From a virus (lineage: Duplodnaviria > Caudoviricetes), in IMG/VR virus record IMGVR_UViG_3300038379_000594, positions 1-37,036 of that record: a stretch of DNA of 37,036 nucleotides; one strand, given 5' to 3'. The first letter of the stretch is position 1. Each line of letters opens with the position of its first letter. A model generated the notes under the pieces. That model was not told where the DNA came from. It searched no databases and worked only from the letters and a program-made list of their open reading frames with translations. Shown here in pieces: positions 1 to 6,469 of the stretch. A program made the translations under genes and the position numbers.

Positions 1-2
1 TC

Positions 3-176
3 GCCGGGTGTCACGCGTCAAGCGCTTTTGTAGCTTCAGAGTCCGCATATTTAACTTCTCAAGCGTCGAGGAGGGTTGGGAATGGATCAATGCCGCCGAG
101 GTATTCGCCGAATTTTGCTCAATGGAACGATACAATCAAGAATCGATTTATTGCTTATTACGAGTCTAAGCGTTAG
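3..176 (+). CDS. 5'-truncated ORF, c-type cytochrome-like C-terminal part (not in ORF track)
   Basis: Frame 3 is open from the window edge: AGCHASSAFVASESAYLTSQASRRVGNGSMPPRYSPNFAQWNDTIKNRFIAYYESKR*. It has GCH, a downstream MPP and a terminal helix; the first Cys of the heme motif would lie outside the window. Confidence 0.5.
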   Translation, partial: AGCHASSAFVASESAYLTSQASRRVGNGSMPPRYSPNFAQWNDTIKNRFIAYYESKR

Positions 177-447
177 TTGCTCACTACTTTCGGGGAAGTC
201 GCATGTGGAGGAAGCCTTACCCTATCGAAAGTTGGAAGACCCTATCACCATCGTAGAAGTATCAATTGATTTATTTGAGATTTGTAGGATACGGTGCGGT
301 TTGTCGGGACTTCACAGTATTGGTGCTGATATAAGCACAGACGAAGATCTGTGCACGTGCAAGAATAAAGATCGATACCGATTGCAAAGAGACCCTGTAA
401 AATTAATTGGCTTAGAAGATTGTAAAGCAGCAACTGAAGCGTACTGA
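76..447 (+). CDS. Cys-rich putative lipoprotein (true start uncertain, possibly TTG at 151)
   Basis: LLITSLSVSC lipobox-like stretch, then a CxxxC...CxC pattern shared with 540..794. Confidence 0.45.
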   Translation: MGMDQCRRGIRRILLNGTIQSRIDLLLITSLSVSCSLLSGKSHVEEALPYRKLEDPITIVEVSIDLFEICRIRCGLSGLHSIGADISTDEDLCTCKNKDRYRLQRDPVKLIGLEDCKAATEAY

Positions 448-539
448 AGCGGAAGGAAGGGAGAATTTGTAGAAGTCCCCCTGCAATCTTGTATCGTTCT
501 TAGATCAATAGATTACCACAAATTTAGAGGCTATAAAAT

Positions 540-794
540 ATGCGTTTTTGTTACTTAACCGTAACTGTTCTATTTTACTCTTGCACTACAGTTATACCGA
601 AAAACGTCTTTGACGCTTGTGATGATGCTTGCGATCCCTTGGCAGCAGTAGAAGTTGGTAAAAAATTCACGGGTAATTACTGTTGTAAGTGTTCTGACGG
701 ATCTGTCGAAGAACTTATAAAGGGGATGGATATACCCGGAAATTCGCTCCGGTTATTACAAGAGGAATCTATAACCTACACGCTATCCTTTTAA
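540..794 (+). CDS. small Cys-rich putative lipoprotein
   Basis: GAGG upstream of ATG; MRFCYLTVTVLFYSC signal peptide II-like start; CDDAC...CCKC. Confidence 0.6.
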   Translation: MRFCYLTVTVLFYSCTTVIPKNVFDACDDACDPLAAVEVGKKFTGNYCCKCSDGSVEELIKGMDIPGNSLRLLQEESITYTLSF

Positions 795-1031
795 TTTTCT
801 TGGATGTTGGAGAGACAAGAAATAAAAGAGGAAAGACCAGAGAGCTACCGCAATTAGGAGCAGAGCGCCGACTTGTAGGCGCTCTAAAGAGGTGCCAGAC
901 GAAGATATAAAAGCTAATGAGACGCTAACCCCAGAGACTACGACAATTCCTGAAGCTACCGGGTTATTATTATTACGTTGCGGGTCCATTTTTTTCACTC
1001 CGAGATCAAAAAGTAGAGTCTTCAAATTCAA
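783..1031 (-). CDS. small membrane protein with two predicted TM segments
   Basis: Hydrophobic stretches GIVVVSGVSVSLAFI and VGALLLIAVALWSFLFYFL; start may be the downstream Met (MDPQ). Confidence 0.55.
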   Translation of the reverse strand: MNLKTLLFDLGVKKMDPQRNNNNPVASGIVVVSGVSVSLAFISSSGTSLERLQVGALLLIAVALWSFLFYFLSLQHPRKLKG

Positions 1032-1248
1032 CTTTACGAACTTGGTACTTCAAAAGCTTTAGGCGAATTAGCTGACTTATTGGTATAGATAAATCGTCTG
1101 CTTCACGCTTGAGTAAGTTCCAATCCTTATCTGTTATCGAAATTGATCTTTGTCTGTACTGTTCTTCAGGGTCTTTCAATTGTTGTCGCTGTAATTTAGG
1201 TCTTCCGCGACCTGCTGGAACTTTTCCTGTTTTCGATAGTATGACCAT
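1006..1248 (-). CDS. ribbon-helix-helix (CopG/Arc-like) DNA-binding protein with N-terminal GRGRPK
   Basis: RSISITDKDWNLLKREADDLSIPISQLIR fits the RHH strand-helix-helix pattern; AGGAG RBS upstream. Confidence 0.7.
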   Translation of the reverse strand: MVILSKTGKVPAGRGRPKLQRQQLKDPEEQYRQRSISITDKDWNLLKREADDLSIPISQLIRLKLLKYQVRKVEFEDSTF

Positions 1249-1269
1249 AAATTTCTCCTATCCGGATCA

Positions 1270-1303
1270 CTTTTTTACCTTACTATAACAAAAATTGTCA
1301 ATA
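1270..1303 (-). promoter_or_regulatory. putative leftward sigma70-type promoter for the RHH gene
   Basis: TTGACA on the minus strand (1296-1301) in the intergenic gap; weak -10. Confidence 0.35.
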
Positions 1304-2170
1304 TTAAATAGACGCCAGAAATGCCTCTGCATGATACCGTTCACTGGCTAAATCTTTCTCACGCAAAAGCATATACTTTTGGACTGCATTCCTTAGGGAC
1401 CTGAAACTATACCCATCATTATAGGGACTTGCAGGATTTAGAAAGTAGGCACTTAGGGTTCTAAGCGGATTATCTTCAAAATTTACCCTTAAAATCGGGG
1501 GTGGGGCTTCGTATATCGCCTTACTTAACACCGGGTGATTCTTGTTCTTATCGTAAAATCTTGGATAACAAAATACCAAAGATTTTCGGTATTCGAATAG
1601 CATTTTTGACCAGGAGAAGTCTGGTGGCACTCTGAAAGGTCCGAAATAATTTCTAGGTGCTAGATCGTAAAACAGTGTAACTTCGGACAATTCTTCTTCT
1701 GTGTAAGGAGATAGAGGGTTGGAGATTAAGAGGTTGGGAGTTAAATTAAAGGCTTGTCGTCTTTCTTTATACTCGGGGGAAGAATGTATCAGTAATAACA
1801 CCTTCTTTGGGTCTTTTGGCACTAGATACTCGAAAGCGTGGTTATAGGGTTTCTGATCATCTTTGAGTTTCTTTTTATGTGCGATCCATTTAACACTCAA
1901 ATCCTCACACTTCGCGGGAATCTTTAAAATCTGCGGATGTATCGTGCTCGGAATCTTCTCTTGAAAATATTTCTCAAGGGGAGGAGGTAATATTTGCGGG
2001 TCAACAATTAACAGGGTTAGAGGGAGTTTGCCGTTTCTTCTTGCTACAGATTCCACGAAGTTTAGCAAAGTTGGAAAGTAAGTGCTCGTGCGGTCCCAAA
2101 CTAAAGCGACGTCGTAATTCCAAGAGTATAAAGCTTCGATCTCGGCCATGATTTTATCTTTTAATTCCAT
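1304..2170 (-). CDS. hypothetical protein
   Basis: 288 aa ORF with GGAAGG RBS, coupled to the upstream gene; no motif recognised. Confidence 0.7.
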   Translation of the reverse strand: MELKDKIMAEIEALYSWNYDVALVWDRTSTYFPTLLNFVESVARRNGKLPLTLLIVDPQILPPPLEKYFQEKIPSTIHPQILKIPAKCEDLSVKWIAHKKKLKDDQKPYNHAFEYLVPKDPKKVLLLIHSSPEYKERRQAFNLTPNLLISNPLSPYTEEELSEVTLFYDLAPRNYFGPFRVPPDFSWSKMLFEYRKSLVFCYPRFYDKNKNHPVLSKAIYEAPPPILRVNFEDNPLRTLSAYFLNPASPYNDGYSFRSLRNAVQKYMLLREKDLASERYHAEAFLASI

Positions 2171-2514
2171 CCTTCCTTCTTCCCTTTATTTTTATATTTT
2201 TGACGTGCTTTGGAAATTTTCCCTACGTTATCTGCAGTAGGATTGAGAGTATTGTAATTTTTTATTCTTTGGAAATAGTCTCGCACTTGTTGCTCTACTA
2301 GATCTAAATCTATTGTAACTCCCGCCTCCCTTACTCTTGCAATAATATGAAAAAATACACTTATCGAAGCTGAAACGCCTAGTTTCCCGCTGTAAACGAT
2401 ATCTTCACTGTTCCGGAATCCACCTTGTTCGTGGTATTGCCGCATGCATTGTAGTAGGTAATCTTTTAATTCTAAAACTTCCTCAACTTTTACTTTTTGA
2501 TCCTCATAGCTCAA
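2161..2514 (-). CDS. hypothetical protein
   Basis: TTG start overlaps the upstream stop; GGAG RBS; basic C-terminus. Confidence 0.65.
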   Translation of the reverse strand: MSYEDQKVKVEEVLELKDYLLQCMRQYHEQGGFRNSEDIVYSGKLGVSASISVFFHIIARVREAGVTIDLDLVEQQVRDYFQRIKNYNTLNPTADNVGKISKARQKYKNKGKKEGWN

Positions 2515-2681
2515 ATTTCATCTCCCCACTTTTTTTCGGATTCGTAATCTTGTAACCCTTCCGATACTTCTCTTTTATTTTCTTTTCTTGCTCTACCCCT
2601 GGAAGTATGTCGCGCGTAGTCTTCACCCCACCTTTTACTCCGCACCTCGAAGATCCAAATTCCGTAGGGCTTCATTGTCAT
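2511..2681 (-). CDS. small basic protein, 56 aa (not in ORF track)
   Basis: MTMKPYGIWIFEVRSKRWGEDYARHTSRGRARKENKREVSEGLQDYESEKKWGDEI*; exactly fills the gap between 2682..3326 and 2161..2514. Confidence 0.6.
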   Translation of the reverse strand: MTMKPYGIWIFEVRSKRWGEDYARHTSRGRARKENKREVSEGLQDYESEKKWGDEI

Positions 2682-3326
2682 TCACCTTGGAAAAAAATAA
2701 GCTATTCTAAGGTCTCCGACATTCCCGTCGTTCCTAATCCCATGCGTCTCTCCAGGACTTACAAAAAATATACTGCCTTGGGTTAGAGCTATTTCACCTT
2801 CGACATTATTATCTTCTGAAAGCATAAGAGTTGAAAGTCCCCGGTATACAACACCTACGCATTCTTCTTCGTAACAAAAATTGTTGACTTCCAAGAACGC
2901 ACTCCTAAACCTATACCCTCTAACTCTTGGGTAACCCCTGCGAGTAGGCAGTAGAGGGATTTTAAAGGGTGTCTTGTGTCCCTGGGTGAAATAATGAGGG
3001 TCAGAGTCTAACCAAACTCTTTGCTCCCAGGGAGATAAAACTCCTACTGAAGTGCAAAAATAAAGCAAAGGTTCTTCCCCGTGCACTACTTGCAAATTAA
3101 ATTGACCGGGGAAACAGGTGATGCTCCCCGGTCTTATAAAACTCGACCATTCCCTATTCTCTATGCTTGACACAATAAATCTACCGCGAATACAAAATAG
3201 ATAGGTACTGCAATCTTTTAACCCTACAATTCTTGAATCTTTATTACTGACAGTTTGGAACGACCATCTCCTGTCTGACCCAAAACTAATTGATCTTGAG
3301 TCTAATGGGTCGTAAAATACTTCCAA
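2682..3326 (-). CDS. cupin-fold protein
   Basis: C-terminal GSIFFVSPGETHGIRNDG matches cupin motif 2, G(x5)PxGxxHxxxN. Confidence 0.6.
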   Translation of the reverse strand: MEVFYDPLDSRSISFGSDRRWSFQTVSNKDSRIVGLKDCSTYLFCIRGRFIVSSIENREWSSFIRPGSITCFPGQFNLQVVHGEEPLLYFCTSVGVLSPWEQRVWLDSDPHYFTQGHKTPFKIPLLPTRRGYPRVRGYRFRSAFLEVNNFCYEEECVGVVYRGLSTLMLSEDNNVEGEIALTQGSIFFVSPGETHGIRNDGNVGDLRIAYFFPR

Positions 3327-3339
3327 TTTTCAACCTTTC

Positions 3340-3639
3340 TTATTTTTTCTTGGACTCAGGGATTCTAGATAAAACTACTGTAATTGACAAAATCAAACTC
3401 AATTCCGTCCTTTCAAAATCTCCTATCTCCGTCCAATCGTAACCTAAAAATTTTGTTAGTTCTTGCATTGCAACCGGGTAGTTCTTCAATATAAAATTTG
3501 TACGACTTATGGCTAGGGATTTATCCCTATCTTTCAGATCTTTCCACTTCTCAAGTTTTCGGTGCGGTATACATAAACTCCAAAAAGCTCTGCGACACAT
3601 ATGCACCGTTCTAGTAATTCTCTCTATATCTGAATTCAT
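3340..3639 (-). CDS. hypothetical protein
   Basis: ATG abuts the ParB-like gene stop. Confidence 0.65.
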   Translation of the reverse strand: MNSDIERITRTVHMCRRAFWSLCIPHRKLEKWKDLKDRDKSLAISRTNFILKNYPVAMQELTKFLGYDWTEIGDFERTELSLILSITVVLSRIPESKKK

Positions 3640-4320
3640 TCAAGACTCCAGCCAGTAATTACAAATTTCTGCGAATATCTCCCCGTCTGTCTGATCCTCT
3701 TTATCGCTTTCCATTCTCCATTCTGCAAAAGCTTGGGTGTAAACCGCTTGTTGCTGGGAGGTTAAAAAGAAAGTGACTTCTTTTAGATCTTCCAAACTAT
3801 TGTTTGAGTCCTTAGATTTAGTTCTACGTTTGCTGGGTTTACTGGAAGGTTCAAGGTCTAGGGGGTGATCATTTGAAGGTAATTCCGCTCCCAAAAAAGA
3901 CAGGTCTGTATCAACTATGAAAGTTTCAATCTCCTCCGGAGTGAAAGCTGTCAGAGTCAGATCGAAATTGTCTTCCCTTGCTAGACTCTCAAAAATCACA
4001 GTCAATTTGTCATTGTCGAAGTGGGAGTATTTCTGAATCTGATTGTCTGCAATCAGAAATGCTTTTTCTTGTGCAGAACTCAAGTGCTCGGCAATTACGC
4101 AAGGGACTTCTACCAATTTTAATTTCTTAGCTGCTAGATATCTCGCGTGACCGGCTATAATCTGGAAATCCTTATTGACTACTAAGGGGACTAGAAACCC
4201 GAAAGATTTAATAAGTTCTGCAAGTTTCGGGACCGTAGATTTATTCTCTCTCGGATTATCGGGGTTGGGGGTTAGTTCTTTGATCTTCAAATTAACAATT
4301 TTTAGGGTGTCCTGGGTCAT
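3640..4320 (-). CDS. ParB/Srx-like N-terminal domain protein
   Basis: LTPNPDNPR...IKSFGFLVPLVV...IIAGHARYLAAKKL...IADN. Confidence 0.9.
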   Translation of the reverse strand: MTQDTLKIVNLKIKELTPNPDNPRENKSTVPKLAELIKSFGFLVPLVVNKDFQIIAGHARYLAAKKLKLVEVPCVIAEHLSSAQEKAFLIADNQIQKYSHFDNDKLTVIFESLAREDNFDLTLTAFTPEEIETFIVDTDLSFLGAELPSNDHPLDLEPSSKPSKRRTKSKDSNNSLEDLKEVTFFLTSQQQAVYTQAFAEWRMESDKEDQTDGEIFAEICNYWLES

Positions 4321-4376
4321 CGGTGGGGTAAATCCTTCAAAAATGTTCCATATTTAAAATAAAATTAGTAGACTTA

Positions 4377-4409
4377 ACCCTAGGGTATTACAGGATAAGT
4401 TGTCAATCT
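4377..4409 (-). promoter_or_regulatory. putative leftward promoter in the divergent intergenic region
   Basis: Minus strand TTGACA-N18-TAGGGT; overlaps the palindrome ACCCTAGGGT. Confidence 0.4.
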
Positions 4410-4434
4410 CTTAAATTTTGAACACGGGAGAATT

Positions 4435-5079
4435 ATGGAACAGAAACAAAATGCAGTTACCGAGTGTCTTAAAAGGGTCGGAAGATCTTACAATTACGAA
4501 GTTTCTTACTGTGCTTTAGTTATCGATTGGATGGCGGGCGGTAGGTCTCTAGAAAGTTTTTGTGCACATATAGAAGTGCCAATTAGTAAAGTATATCAAT
4601 GGTGTACGCAGTATCCAGCCTTCAAAGACTCAGTAGAAATAGGAATGGCTAAGTGTCAAAATTGGTGGGAAACTCTATTATTAATGCACGCAACAGGTCA
4701 GCACAAAGACAAAAGGCACAAAATTAACGGCAAAACTTACGAGCACAGTAGCGAAAGCACTATTAAATTCATGCTCACAAAAAGATTTAGGGCTTATGTC
4801 GATCGAGTTGTGAATGAAGAATTGCCAGGAAATTCAAATATTTCGAAGGTTACGGAGTATACCGCTGAGATTTCAGAAGGTGTTATAATAACCCGTAAAG
4901 AAGAAAAGGTTATAGAAGTAGAGACTTTAGGTGGATTCGAAGATTCCGAAATTCTGGAAGGAGAAAGCATTCATGGGCCAGGATCTAATGTACACGGAGA
5001 CGAAGAAGGGTCGGATTCGAGCAATGATACGCAAAAACGAAGACGTGGAAGACCGAGAAAAACTGTGTCTGCCGAGTAA
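4435..5079 (+). CDS. terS: terminase small subunit
   Basis: HTH-like YCALVIDWMAGGRSLESFCAHIEV...VYQW...PAF; immediately upstream of TerL; GGGAG RBS. Confidence 0.8.
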   Translation: MEQKQNAVTECLKRVGRSYNYEVSYCALVIDWMAGGRSLESFCAHIEVPISKVYQWCTQYPAFKDSVEIGMAKCQNWWETLLLMHATGQHKDKRHKINGKTYEHSSESTIKFMLTKRFRAYVDRVVNEELPGNSNISKVTEYTAEISEGVIITRKEEKVIEVETLGGFEDSEILEGESIHGPGSNVHGDEEGSDSSNDTQKRRRGRPRKTVSAE

Positions 5080-5120
5080 ATACGTTGTAACGATGGCATC
5101 TAAAAAAAGGATTAAAAAAA

Positions 5121-6461
5121 TTGAACCGAGTGAAACTAATACTCCCACCGCTCCACGAAAAACAAAAAGTGATAGTAGCTCCGAGGACTGAGAAATTTGG
5201 GACTCATGTTTGTGGGACTAAGTTCGGAAAAACTTTAGGGTTTTCTATTAAATACGCGTCCATACTTTTCAACTCTAAGAGACCGATACAAATCTTGTGG
5301 GGTGCACCTTACTACGAAAATGCTGCTGTAGGGTTCAAGTATATCTTGAAATTATTGCATCCGGAATTGAGGTTAAAAAACTCGTCGGCTCTCACGATTA
5401 CTACTCCACACAACGGGTCTGTGGTATCTTTTAGGGGCCTAAATAAAGATCCCGAAAGTGTTGAAGGTGAAGCTTTTGATTACGTGATCATCGACGAGTG
5501 TTCAAAGGTTGTACCTCAAGCTATCAACTCTGTGCGGACTACAACTACAGCGACTCGTGGACCTATAGACTTAGTGAGTACACCGAGGGGGAAGGGTTGG
5601 TTCTTCGAATATTTTAAGAGGGGGTTAGACTCCAATCAAAAGGACTATATTTCTAATACCTACCCGACGTGGGACAATCCTTTAATTGCTCGCGAAGAGA
5701 TAGAAATCGCAAGAAGGCAAATGCCCGACAGACTTTTCAGACAGTATTACGGTGCAGAATTCCTGGACGATGGTAGCGTTTTTGTAGGATACCACGACCT
5801 AATCTACACCGACGTACTGCACTTTCAAAATAAAGACAGGCAATCTTGGATAATTGAGGACAGTTTGAATCGTAAAGTTGTTTTGGGTGTGGATTGGGCC
5901 AAGAAAACTGACTACACGGTCTTTACAGCGATCGACTATCTTGCAACACCGAAAAGAGTAGTAGGTTTTCAGCGTTTCAAAGACGTATCTTATATTTCTG
6001 CGGTTAAGTTACTGTTTCAATTTTCTAAAAGATTCAAAGACATTACACTTATCAGACACGACAAGACTGGTGTTGGTGAAACACTAGACGAATTACTAAG
6101 TAGGACTTCTTTACCCTTCGAGGGTGTTACTTTTACTCAAGATCGCAAGTCGGACTTAGTCTTGGAGCTAATTCTCGGTATAGAGAAAAAAGAAGTGGAA
6201 ATACCTTTTTGGAAAGAGCTGTTGGAGGAGTTGGAGAATTACGAGGTAGAAGTTAGCAAACTTGGTAAGATGTCCTATAGCGCTCCATCGGGACAACACG
6301 ACGATATTGTAACTTCCTTAGCTTTGTCTTGGTTTACTGCAGTAGAATATTCGACAGGTTTAGCGATGGAGGTCAAAGATTTAGACGATCTAACTAAAGA
6401 AGATTTCGAGGAAGATAATTTCGATTCTATTGACGCAGATTTTGAATTCTTAACTTTATGA
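5121..6461 (+). CDS. terL: terminase large subunit
   Basis: Adenine motif LHEKQ, Walker A GTKFGKT, Walker B YVIIDE, STP motif III, nuclease GVDWA and HDD. Confidence 0.95.
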   Translation: MNRVKLILPPLHEKQKVIVAPRTEKFGTHVCGTKFGKTLGFSIKYASILFNSKRPIQILWGAPYYENAAVGFKYILKLLHPELRLKNSSALTITTPHNGSVVSFRGLNKDPESVEGEAFDYVIIDECSKVVPQAINSVRTTTTATRGPIDLVSTPRGKGWFFEYFKRGLDSNQKDYISNTYPTWDNPLIAREEIEIARRQMPDRLFRQYYGAEFLDDGSVFVGYHDLIYTDVLHFQNKDRQSWIIEDSLNRKVVLGVDWAKKTDYTVFTAIDYLATPKRVVGFQRFKDVSYISAVKLLFQFSKRFKDITLIRHDKTGVGETLDELLSRTSLPFEGVTFTQDRKSDLVLELILGIEKKEVEIPFWKELLEELENYEVEVSKLGKMSYSAPSGQHDDIVTSLALSWFTAVEYSTGLAMEVKDLDDLTKEDFEEDNFDSIDADFEFLTL

Positions 6462-6469
6462 GGTGTCTC

